Origin: a virus
Lineage: Duplodnaviria; Heunggongvirae; Uroviricota; Caudoviricetes
Reading direction: 5' to 3' (one strand)
Virus record (IMG/VR): IMGVR_UViG_2690316153_000018
DNA: 15,350 bases
The translations under genes and the position numbers were made by a program. The notes beneath the pieces are model-generated. The model saw nothing but the letters and a program-made list of their open reading frames with translations. It ran no database searches and had not been told where the DNA came from. Position 1 is the stretch's first letter. Each line of letters opens with the position of its first letter. Shown here piece after piece: positions 1-7,300 of this stretch.

Positions 1-105
1 ATAACGCTCACCGGCTTTTGACACAAAATATGTGCTGCCACGACGTCGCCAGTAGGTGTTCACCGTCGGCGGGTAAGGCAAAACAAATTCTATGCGTTCA
101 GTCAT
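1..105 (-). CDS. rusA: RusA-like Holliday-junction resolvase, N-terminal ~35 codons only; the gene runs off the left edge of the window
   Basis: Minus-strand ATG at 105..103 directly follows the TGA (108..106) of the upstream gene. Translation MTERIEFVLPYPPTVNTYWRRRGSTYFVSKAGERY carries the LPxPPxxNxYxR motif I associate with RusA. The frame stays open to position 1. Confidence 0.55.
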   Translation of the reverse strand, partial: MTERIEFVLPYPPTVNTYWRRRGSTYFVSKAGERY

Positions 106-1161
106 TCATGCTTTCCACTTCAGGACACCCGAATTTCTCGCGTGCATTAAAAAACGAATCAGCAACAACAGCTGGCTGCCGTGTTTTTCTTCAAAATCTT
201 TTACCCCGGCGTGCAGTTCGTTATGACATTTACGGCACAGCGGAATAACAAACAAATCATCAGCCTTTGTTCCCATCCCTCCCAGTCCATGACCAATGAT
301 GTGATGCGGATCATCTGCCTGATTACCGCACGTCATGCATTTCTGCGTTTTTACCCAGCGCGTGTATACAGGCATCTCTTCCCGTTGTGGTTTCTGGCGC
401 TGGAGATACTGAGCCGGTGACTCCGGATCAACGGCAATGCTGACCACCGTCTTTTCCTGTGGCGGGTTTTGCTGGTGGGCGTGAGGCAGCAGCGCAAGAT
501 TTTTTGTGCGCTGCTTCAGTATGCTGGTGGCGGTCTGCTCTCCCGGTACGATGTCGCTTTCGCGGTACACCGAGCGGATTTTTTCCGCACGCAATCCCAG
601 AGAACGACGTAATACTGCCTCCGGCAATACGTCCGCTACCTGATTGCAGACCGCCCACCAGGATAATTCAGCCAGCGATAACTCCCGCTCCTGTGTACCG
701 TTTATTGCGTGGCGGATGACGTCAATCATCCAGGATGTCAGGTTTTGTTGAGCAAGTTGCCCGAGTGATTCTGAAGTCTGGTCGCGTAACTGATTATCAC
801 AGTGCCAGCACAATACCATTGCGCCGGTACCGTAACGATGTATGACGGTTTCACTGTGGTGGTAGTCACCATGAGGCCACTGGCAGGATTTAACATGGCG
901 TAACAGCCAGTCAGACAATGCGCCAGCGCCGCCAGCAGCACGAATCACCCGCTCATCGCTGAAAAATGGCAGTAATGATTTATCTTCCGCGAGCGGCTGG
1001 CGCACGGCAGGAACAGTTCCTGACGGCAGACCGCGCATGCTTTTCGGTTCCGGCTCCACCAGCACCCGGGGATTATGAAATACCTGCATGGATTCACGGC
1101 CCGGCTTAAGGACCACCAGCCCGAGTTCCGGTACCAGAACAGGTCGAAGTAATACCCGCAC
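106..1161 (-). CDS. ydfU: DUF968 / YdfU-like phage protein with C-terminal HNH-like zinc-binding motif (nin-region protein)
   Basis: 351-codon ORF with GTG start at 1161 preceded by GGAGG at 4-nt spacing. C-terminus CMTCGNQADDPHHIIGHG...PLCRKCHNELH is a CxxC...H...CxxCH HNH/NinG-like motif. Matches my recollection of E. coli YdfU. Confidence 0.75.
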   Translation of the reverse strand: MRVLLRPVLVPELGLVVLKPGRESMQVFHNPRVLVEPEPKSMRGLPSGTVPAVRQPLAEDKSLLPFFSDERVIRAAGGAGALSDWLLRHVKSCQWPHGDYHHSETVIHRYGTGAMVLCWHCDNQLRDQTSESLGQLAQQNLTSWMIDVIRHAINGTQERELSLAELSWWAVCNQVADVLPEAVLRRSLGLRAEKIRSVYRESDIVPGEQTATSILKQRTKNLALLPHAHQQNPPQEKTVVSIAVDPESPAQYLQRQKPQREEMPVYTRWVKTQKCMTCGNQADDPHHIIGHGLGGMGTKADDLFVIPLCRKCHNELHAGVKDFEEKHGSQLLLLIRFLMHARNSGVLKWKA

Positions 1162-1162
1162 G

Positions 1163-1441
1163 TTACCTCCAGATACGCTGCTGGAATGTGCGGGACGGAC
1201 GCGGTGGGCGTTCAGAGTAAGGCAGTCTGACTGAGATTATCCAGTGTCGGAAGTCGAAGCTGAGGTCTTTCTGAAACTCGTAACCACGTCTGCGGTAGTT
1301 CTGAATTAGCCACTCTGCCTGCTCTTCAGTACATGGATCATGCTGGAACCAGTCAGATTTGAATGCATGAGAACGCCGCCCGTGCCTGCTGGCAAAGACG
1401 GCTGAATTATCAGAATTGTGTTGTCTGGAATTTTGCGCCAT
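1163..1441 (-). CDS. hypothetical phage protein (92 aa)
   Basis: ORF with ATG at 1441 and GGAG about 8 nt upstream; co-directional and tightly packed with neighbouring phage genes. No recognisable motif. Confidence 0.5.
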   Translation of the reverse strand: MAQNSRQHNSDNSAVFASRHGRRSHAFKSDWFQHDPCTEEQAEWLIQNYRRRGYEFQKDLSFDFRHWIISVRLPYSERPPRPSRTFQQRIWR

Positions 1442-1507
1442 CGGCTTTCTCCGGTGGCACAGTGTTACTCAACAGGGGTTCAGCCCTGCGCTGAATTGTA
1501 GATGAAT

Positions 1508-1816
1508 TCACTCATCTTCAAAAGCAGAAAAACCAGCCTTAATCCCAGCTTCTTTCAGAGACGGCAACGATGTGACAAATTCATTTGCACGCAAAATAAA
1601 ACCATCCGTCACAAGCCCATCCACCAAATGAATTAACGCAGCTCCACTCTTCCTTTGTTGAGACTGTAAACATTTAATACGGCAGTGGCTGACAATAGCG
1701 CCATTCTCAACGCGCACAGTATAGAGGCCATCCTCACTAAAAATTTCACGTAATTCTTCGATTTTCATCAACAGAATCCTTCCAGATAAATAGCACTCCC
1801 CCTGTTCGGGGTCCAT
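1508..1816 (-). CDS. hypothetical phage protein (102 aa; alternative start at 1768 giving 86 aa, MKIEELREIF...)
   Basis: ORF with ATG at 1816 (purine-rich GGGAGAAGAGGG upstream) and an in-frame ATG at 1768 (GGAAGGA upstream). No recognisable motif. Confidence 0.5.
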   Translation of the reverse strand: MDPEQGECYLSGRILLMKIEELREIFSEDGLYTVRVENGAIVSHCRIKCLQSQQRKSGAALIHLVDGLVTDGFILRANEFVTSLPSLKEAGIKAGFSAFEDE

Positions 1817-1898
1817 CCCTCTTCTCCCTGCGCGCTACTTAAGTATTTTTGATTCTATTCTGGCACCGTCCAAAACTTCAAACACGTTGAAAATAAAA

Positions 1899-1921
1899 AC
1901 AAAAAACCCGCCGAAGCGGGT
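1899..1921 (-). terminator. Rho-independent terminator for minus-strand transcription (stem CCCGC / loop CGAA / stem GCGGG, then a U-run on the minus strand)
   Basis: Plus strand reads aaaaaaaCCCGCcgaaGCGGGt, so the minus-strand transcript is a GC hairpin followed by 6-7 U. It lies 5 nt downstream of the stop of the 1926..3029 gene. Confidence 0.55.
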
Positions 1922-1925
1922 ATAC

Positions 1926-3029
1926 TCAAACAATCTGGAAAATATTTCTTGGATTTGTAATAGGTCTGTTGATGGAGAACAACTCACGAATTAAATCTTG
2001 GCTCAAGCCAGTTTTCATAAGAATTCTTAGCCAGGTTGCATCATCCAGCATTTCAATCGCCTCGGCCAGCATACCGGGTTCTTCAGGGCGCAAAAGTTCA
2101 TCACCAGGTTCAACTCTCGTATACCCTCTGGAATTAAGATGCATATAGCCAGTTCTTGCCTGTTCCTGGGTCAATAAGCCTAATGCGCTGGCTCGATAAA
2201 TACACATTTTAAGGCTGATTTTCCATCTAAGTTTAAATTCAACCAGAGCATTCCAGTCGAATTGCTTACCTCGTATTCGTGGAAATTCTTTAATGAAAGA
2301 TAACCTGGGAACTAATAAGGCGCTCGAAAAGTGATCGGCTTGTGATTCCGTAAGTTTATCACCTGTCGTTATGCCCTCATGCATTACTAAATGCCCTAAT
2401 TCATGACCTAAATCAGAGCGAAATCTACATATGCTTTTTTTAACATTGTTCCTGATGATAACAGGCCTGTTATTGTGAACAGTAAAAGCATCAACACGAT
2501 CATCGACTCCCGTAACATGCGCAACGATTACCCCTAAACTCTCCGCCAATTTAACCATTGATGATATAGGGCCAAGACCTAAATTCCAGGCACGGCGACA
2601 ATCTTCTGCCACTCGCTCAATATCATTCGGAGTAAGTAATTCAGCCCCTGGGTGCTCCGGTATGTTAACGTCAGGAAATTCGATTTCACCTTCAACAGCA
2701 GAAATTATAATATTAAGAATCTCAGCCCTGGCCAATACACTATTAGTCAGCGTTTGAGTCCTGGACTTCTTACTCCGAAAATGGCAGACATCACTTTCCA
2801 GAGCGTATTTTCGTTCAGTAAAAAGAAAACTGGACTTAATCATAAGCGCTGAAGATATTAACTCAAGACATTGCTCCGATGGCCTGCACCCCTTCTCCAG
2901 TTTGCTAACGAATTGCTTTGTCTTGCCAATTTTTTCGGCTAACTCTTCACAAGAAAGCCCAACAGCCATTCTCGCTAGTTTGAGCTTATCACCCCGATAC
3001 TCAGTGAAGTTATTCACCTGATGTTCCAT
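1926..3029 (-). CDS. Fusion protein: N-terminal XRE-family helix-turn-helix + C-terminal ImmA/IrrE-type (COG2856/DUF955-like) zinc metallopeptidase
   Basis: N-terminus LKLARMAVGLSCEELAEKIGKTKQFVSKLEKG is a typical XRE HTH. HExxH motif present in DLGHELGHLVMHEG. ORF track starts at GTG 3032; an ATG at 3029 is the likelier start. The 5' end overlaps the stop of the upstream gene by about 20 nt. Confidence 0.8.
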   Translation of the reverse strand: MEHQVNNFTEYRGDKLKLARMAVGLSCEELAEKIGKTKQFVSKLEKGCRPSEQCLELISSALMIKSSFLFTERKYALESDVCHFRSKKSRTQTLTNSVLARAEILNIIISAVEGEIEFPDVNIPEHPGAELLTPNDIERVAEDCRRAWNLGLGPISSMVKLAESLGVIVAHVTGVDDRVDAFTVHNNRPVIIRNNVKKSICRFRSDLGHELGHLVMHEGITTGDKLTESQADHFSSALLVPRLSFIKEFPRIRGKQFDWNALVEFKLRWKISLKMCIYRASALGLLTQEQARTGYMHLNSRGYTRVEPGDELLRPEEPGMLAEAIEMLDDATWLRILMKTGLSQDLIRELFSINRPITNPRNIFQIV

Positions 3030-3660
3030 CACTGCTCACATCCAAATCTTTATCCTTCGTACGCCGACGAAGAGGCACCTTATTAATCTCCGCTTCGTCA
3101 GGGAGTGTGTTATAATCAAGAGGCATAAGCGGCATCGATGCTGTAGATTGATGAGAAACTATACTAATCTGAGCACCATAAGTATTAAATCCAACAAGAG
3201 CTACCTCCCAACGAGGCAGTGTGGACTCTAATTCACCATCGCCCTCTTCGGATAAAAAAGGCTCAGCTATGACTCGCCATGTAATATCTTGCTCAGCCTC
3301 AACATCACCAAACAATGAGAGTTGCTCATACTCTACTTTATTTCGACGCAGACGATGTTTCTTTTTGGGGTTATTAATGCAATCTTTGGTAAATTGTAGC
3401 GGAACTTTATTTAAAGCAACTACATAGTCCAACCCCTTGGAAATCATCTCAAGGCCAGGAATTGCATCTTCATTTTGAATAAGATGATTTCTGACCCAAT
3501 CATAAGCCCTTACACCTTCAGACCAGTTGCTGTCTAATGCGTGCTTATGATAGTACAGCTGCTCAAGTACGTTAGCGATCTCCGCCAACAAGTGGCGAAC
3601 ATAGTTTTCAGCAAGATAAGGTTGAAATTCCCAACAAGGAGCTAACTGATTTTCATTCAT
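3010..3660 (-). CDS. hypothetical protein (216 aa), translationally coupled to the downstream HTH-peptidase gene
   Basis: ORF with ATG at 3660; its stop (3012..3010) overlaps the start of the HTH-ImmA gene. No motif I can assign. Confidence 0.7.
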   Translation of the reverse strand: MNENQLAPCWEFQPYLAENYVRHLLAEIANVLEQLYYHKHALDSNWSEGVRAYDWVRNHLIQNEDAIPGLEMISKGLDYVVALNKVPLQFTKDCINNPKKKHRLRRNKVEYEQLSLFGDVEAEQDITWRVIAEPFLSEEGDGELESTLPRWEVALVGFNTYGAQISIVSHQSTASMPLMPLDYNTLPDEAEINKVPLRRRTKDKDLDVSSDGTSGE

Positions 3661-3695
3661 TTCAAGTTTCGCTTTTTTTAGAATTCGTAAACCAC

Positions 3696-3724
3696 ATATT
3701 TTCGCATTTTTCTATTTTTGTCAA
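3696..3724 (-). promoter_or_regulatory. Candidate sigma70 promoter for the 3660..1926 cassette (minus strand)
   Basis: Minus strand has a perfect TTGACA (plus coords 3724..3719), a 17-nt spacer, then a weak -10 AAATAT (3701..3696), about 35 nt upstream of the ATG at 3660. Judged by eye only. Confidence 0.3.
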
Positions 3725-3736
3725 CCAGACTAATGC

Positions 3737-3756
3737 AAAAACCCGCCGAAGCGGGT
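3737..3756 (-). terminator. Rho-independent terminator-like hairpin (minus strand), identical in sequence to the one at 1902..1921
   Basis: Plus strand aaaaaCCCGCcgaaGCGGGt; the minus-strand transcript is the same hairpin followed by UUUUU. It lies about 70 nt downstream of the hokD stop. Confidence 0.45.
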
Positions 3757-3825
3757 TAAGTGCGGGTGCGTTGAGGATGCCTGGCACATCAGAGGTGGCG
3801 GGAGATTACTCCCCCGCCGGGTCTC

Positions 3826-3981
3826 TTACTCCTCAGGTTCGTAAGCTGTGAAGACAGCGACCTCCGTCTGGCCGGTTCGGATTCGTACCTCGCAGAGGTC
3901 TTTCCTCGTTACCAGTGCCGTCACTATGACGGTTAAACAGATGACGATCAGGGCGATTAACATCGCCTTTTGCTGCTTCAT
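3826..3981 (-). CDS. hokD: Hok/Gef-family small membrane toxin (51 aa from the internal ATG; the ORF track extends to 4038)
   Basis: Translation MKQQKAMLIALIVICLTVIVTALVTRKDLCEVRIRTGQTEVAVFTAYEPEE has a single TM helix and the conserved C-terminal Cys/Arg/Tyr-Glu pattern of Hok-family toxins. Matches my recollection of E. coli HokD (RelF). Confidence 0.8.
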   Translation of the reverse strand: MKQQKAMLIALIVICLTVIVTALVTRKDLCEVRIRTGQTEVAVFTAYEPEE

Positions 3982-4660
3982 AGCCTGCTTCTCCTTGCCT
4001 TTCGGCACGTAAGAGGCTAACCTACGTGTGTAGAGCATAGATATGGCCTCAGATTAATGTTAAGCGTCTTGCCGGACGCGTAATGTTAACTGGGGCTTTT
4101 CTCTATCTGCCTTTGGTGTTGATGCCCGAGGCAGATAGCCTCAAGCACCCGCAGCAATTCTACTTAACTACCGTTACCTCGCCAATATGAAATCAATCAG
4201 AAAGGTGATCCATAAGAACAACAGCAAGACAATAAATTGCCATTACAGCAGCAATAGCCAGCGCACATTTGAGAACCAGCACCACAACCTCCTGTATTGG
4301 ACGTACACCAGTCCTGATAAATATGAGGCTGTCTCGTCAGTGATTCAATACAACTACTGGGTATAGTTTCTATGATTTTGTTCTGTGGAAATGGAAAACA
4401 GCAACCAGTCACCACCAGCACTTCTTTAAACATGCCAAGTCACACGCAAGCCAACATTATAGTTCCCTTTGAGCGAGCAGATGAAGCTAGCAAAAATATT
4501 GATCACTTAGGATGCATTACTAACGTTGCTATGTGTTAACGAACAGGGAGTGGGTCATCAGCATAAATATTTATGCAGTAGGTTTCTTTTAGGACTAGAT
4601 TAATCAAAAACATTTAGATAAAATTATAAAATCAAGAAATTGGTGGCAATTAATCTTTAA

Positions 4661-4689
4661 TTGTGCCAGCTGAATTTCGTTATTATAGA
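4661..4689 (+). promoter_or_regulatory. Candidate sigma70 promoter for the membrane-protein/methyltransferase operon
   Basis: TTGTGC (4661..4666), 17-nt spacer, TATAGA (4684..4689), about 35 nt upstream of the ATG at 4725 in an AT-rich leader. By eye only. Confidence 0.3.
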
Positions 4690-4724
4690 AGATTAGCTTT
4701 TTTTTTGAGTGTTTGGAGAGTAAA

Positions 4725-5420
4725 ATGTTAGAACCACCAAAGAGTTATAATGAAATGTTGCCTATGCTCCATAAGGCGACTTTTATTACTACATTTATAT
4801 TTTACCTATCATTAGTCATTTATGGCTACATGCCATTGGTTGGCATTAATGCCAAGTATATCCCCCCCGTTAAAGACTACGAGGAATTTATTAAATGGAT
4901 ATTAACCTTTGGCATATTACCAATTGCATCTTCAGTTTTTTGGTCAGTAATTAGTGGAGCTTTAGATCTACATAATAATGTAGCAAAAATTATTGGAATA
5001 AGGAAGATGTGGGATAGTCATTTAATTATTAAACCATTAGCAAAAATTGCAGGCGTTACGAGAAAATTAACTACTGATGAATCTCACAAGGTAATGAGTA
5101 AACTGTATTACCCAGAAGTTAAAGAGTTAAAAGACAAACATTACGTTGAACTTTTCTGGAACAAAGTTTATTACTTTTGGGTTTTCTTTGAACATACAGT
5201 AATCGCATTTGTTACTATTTTAATAATAAGTATCGCCAAATTAACAAATATATTCTCTGTTACTGGCTCTTTAATTAATCTTTGGTTGTGGATTATTTCT
5301 CTTGTCGCATTTGACTTCCTTATTTTCATAGCATCAGTTAAACCAAGAACAGAAAGCCAAGTAAGACAAATACCTGATAGCAAAATAAAAGAATTCTTTA
5401 ACAATAACAATATTTTTTAA
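4725..5420 (+). CDS. Integral membrane protein with four predicted TM helices (2 TM + ~65-aa loop + 2 TM), function unknown
   Basis: ATG at 4725 preceded by GGAGAG at about 5-nt spacing (the ORF track starts at TTG 4713). Four hydrophobic stretches: ATFITTFIFYLSLVIYGYMPLVGI, FIKWILTFGILPIASSVFWSVISGAL, VYYFWVFFEHTVIAFVTILIISIA, TGSLINLWLWIISLVAFDFLIFIASV. Codon usage is strongly AT-rich. Confidence 0.8.
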   Translation: MLEPPKSYNEMLPMLHKATFITTFIFYLSLVIYGYMPLVGINAKYIPPVKDYEEFIKWILTFGILPIASSVFWSVISGALDLHNNVAKIIGIRKMWDSHLIIKPLAKIAGVTRKLTTDESHKVMSKLYYPEVKELKDKHYVELFWNKVYYFWVFFEHTVIAFVTILIISIAKLTNIFSVTGSLINLWLWIISLVAFDFLIFIASVKPRTESQVRQIPDSKIKEFFNNNNIF

Positions 5421-5426
5421 ACGAGG

Positions 5427-6086
5427 TTGATTTTGAATTACAAAATAAATGGAATAAACATACGTTCAGAAAATGCAGCGAAACCGCACACTATGCCATC
5501 TAACTATCTCTGTAAACAGATTGAAAGCACTAATAAAAATGGCAATGCCCTTGATTTTGGATGTGGAAAACTTAGATATTCAGAACAATTAGTAAATAAA
5601 TTTGAAACTGTGACATTTTTAGATTCCAGAAGACAACTAGAAAGAGTGCAAATTATCAGAGGTGTACAAACCACGATTCCAGATTACGTGATAAATAACT
5701 ATAAGAATGCTAATATTGTTTCTTATGAAAATATAGATAAAATAACAAATCATTATGATTTCATACTTTGCGCAAACGTGCTTTCCGCAATTCCATGTGA
5801 ATCCACAATTCACAAAGTCCTCAGTGCGATTAGAGAATTATTAAAGAGTGATGGTGAAGCACTGATTGTCAATCAATACAAAAGTTCTTATTTCAAGAGG
5901 TACGAGAGCGGTATTAAACATTTGCATGGGTATATATACCAAAACTCTCGCAATGCTTTCTACTATGGTTTATTAGATGTGGATACTGTAAGTAAAATAT
6001 GCTCAGATAATAATTTAGAAATAATAAAATCATGGAGCAAAGCAGGTAGTTCATATGTGGTTGTTGGTAAACATATACATATTTAG
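5427..6086 (+). CDS. Small class-I SAM-dependent methyltransferase-fold protein (about 217-219 aa), substrate unknown
   Basis: Motif I ALDFGCGKL, acidic residue ending beta-2 (TVTFLDS) and a motif-IV-like YDFILCANVLSAIP. Start is TTG at 5427 or 5433; GAGG at 5423..5426 gives good spacing to 5433. The first in-frame ATG is at 5493. Lies 6-12 nt after the stop of the membrane-protein gene. Confidence 0.7.
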   Translation: MILNYKINGINIRSENAAKPHTMPSNYLCKQIESTNKNGNALDFGCGKLRYSEQLVNKFETVTFLDSRRQLERVQIIRGVQTTIPDYVINNYKNANIVSYENIDKITNHYDFILCANVLSAIPCESTIHKVLSAIRELLKSDGEALIVNQYKSSYFKRYESGIKHLHGYIYQNSRNAFYYGLLDVDTVSKICSDNNLEIIKSWSKAGSSYVVVGKHIHI

Positions 6087-6400
6087 TTTATTTCAACAAA
6101 TTATTAGAAAGAGTGATTTGCTTGTTAATTATTAGCTCGGCAGTGCCGGATCAACATGACCCTGCCACTTAGGCCATTGCCGGTTTACCTACTTTTGTAA
6201 GGTTCAGCATGAAGTTTTTATATACTCTTCCTAATATCAATAGTGATGCTCGCTTATGTTAGCTGCTTCTTGTACATAGTAGCCTTCTCCGACAGTACTG
6301 CAATGAGCGGAGAGTAAAAGTCGATAAACAATAAGGAGGTTCACAATAAATATTTCTCGGTGAAACTTTCAAAGCATTCTCTGTTTTGCTAAATCGACAA

Positions 6401-7300
6401 TTATAAATCAACAACATTTAGTGTTATATCAATATTATTTAGCCTTGCAATCTCTGATGAATCACTTGCTATTTTAGCTTTTAATTTATCAATATTAATC
6501 ATATCTTCATGGCTTATATAAACCATATCACCTTGGTTAACTTTAGATTTGTTCACTATGGCTTGAATAACAGACAAATCATCCATTACACCTCTCATAA
6601 ATTTCACCATGCTTTGATCTTTGAAGTCAGATATCGATTTTGAACGTTGCTTACGTTGAATTGTTCCTTTTGTAATTACTTCATTAATTTCTTTTAAACC
6701 AGTGAGCATATCAGACAGACTGCCTTCGCAACTCATCCGATGTTTTATTGCATTGCGATTAATAATATTGAGTATAATTTCGAGTGAATCTTTATCACTC
6801 CATGGATGTAATGATGTATAATCATGATGACGTCGAATGGCGTCAATCATATCCTGGACCATATCTTCATCTGCTTTATCGCAAAGTTCATTCACGAAAT
6901 AGCTGGGGTCGATTATTTTACAATAACTTGGAGTTAGGTATCTTGAGGCTTTACAAAAACCAAAAATATATAAAGTAGAGTATTTATCTTTCAGACTCTC
7001 TCCTATTTCATTTATTTTCTCAAAAGATTCGATAGTTTTTTTAATTTTTGCTGGACTTGCATTCGTAGTAACTTGAACTGCTATCATGTTTTTATTATCA
7101 GCTAAATCAATGGCGGGAAAATTAACTTTAATCTGATTCATGTTTACCAGCTCACCCATTTTCAGCGCGCGAAACATAAAGATGGTCAATGACTCAATTA
7201 TTCTTTCCATGTCATGAAAGCCTGCCTGTTTGCGTTGCGCGATATAAAGCTGGAGTAGTGCAATATCACTCTGTAAGTTTCTAATAAGTGGATCAATCAT
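6401..7300 (-). CDS. hypothetical protein (299 aa); N-terminal region resembles, from memory, a SMEK-type domain
   Basis: ORF with ATG at 7300 and AAGGA about 9 nt upstream. N-terminal HDMERIIESL and NFPAIDLADNKNMIAVQVTTNASPAKIKKTIESF resemble the signature I associate with SMEK-domain proteins; not verified by HMM. AT-rich codon usage; convergent with the 4725..6086 operon. Confidence 0.75.
   Translation of the reverse strand: MIDPLIRNLQSDIALLQLYIAQRKQAGFHDMERIIESLTIFMFRALKMGELVNMNQIKVNFPAIDLADNKNMIAVQVTTNASPAKIKKTIESFEKINEIGESLKDKYSTLYIFGFCKASRYLTPSYCKIIDPSYFVNELCDKADEDMVQDMIDAIRRHHDYTSLHPWSDKDSLEIILNIINRNAIKHRMSCEGSLSDMLTGLKEINEVITKGTIQRKQRSKSISDFKDQSMVKFMRGVMDDLSVIQAIVNKSKVNQGDMVYISHEDMINIDKLKAKIASDSSEIARLNNIDITLNVVDL

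Noticed and set aside
18-941. Plus- and minus-strand ORFs inside the ydfU-like gene (18..248, 181..420, 428..658, 459..719, 738..941)
   Set aside because: They overlap the 351-codon DUF968 ORF, which has a strong GGAGG ribosome-binding site and recognisable motifs. They have no start context of their own and read as frame-shadow ORFs.
2652-3427. Plus-strand ORFs 2652..2852 and 3221..3427 inside the HTH-peptidase cassette
   Set aside because: Antisense to longer, motif-bearing minus-strand genes; no start context.
4187-4433. Cys-rich 78-aa minus-strand ORF (4197..4433) and an overlapping 59-codon plus-strand ORF from ATG 4187
   Set aside because: No Shine-Dalgarno for either. The minus-strand product is dominated by Cys/Gly/Ser repeats produced by a CAGCAG-rich stretch, and the plus-strand product has no hydrophobic core. 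More likely a non-coding junction or remnant than genes; a micro-protein cannot be fully excluded.
5171-7007. ORFs 5171..5410 (-) and 6784..6978 (+) within the AT-rich island
   Set aside because: Each is fully contained antisense in a longer gene (the membrane protein and the 299-aa protein). AT-rich DNA produces long spurious frames easily.
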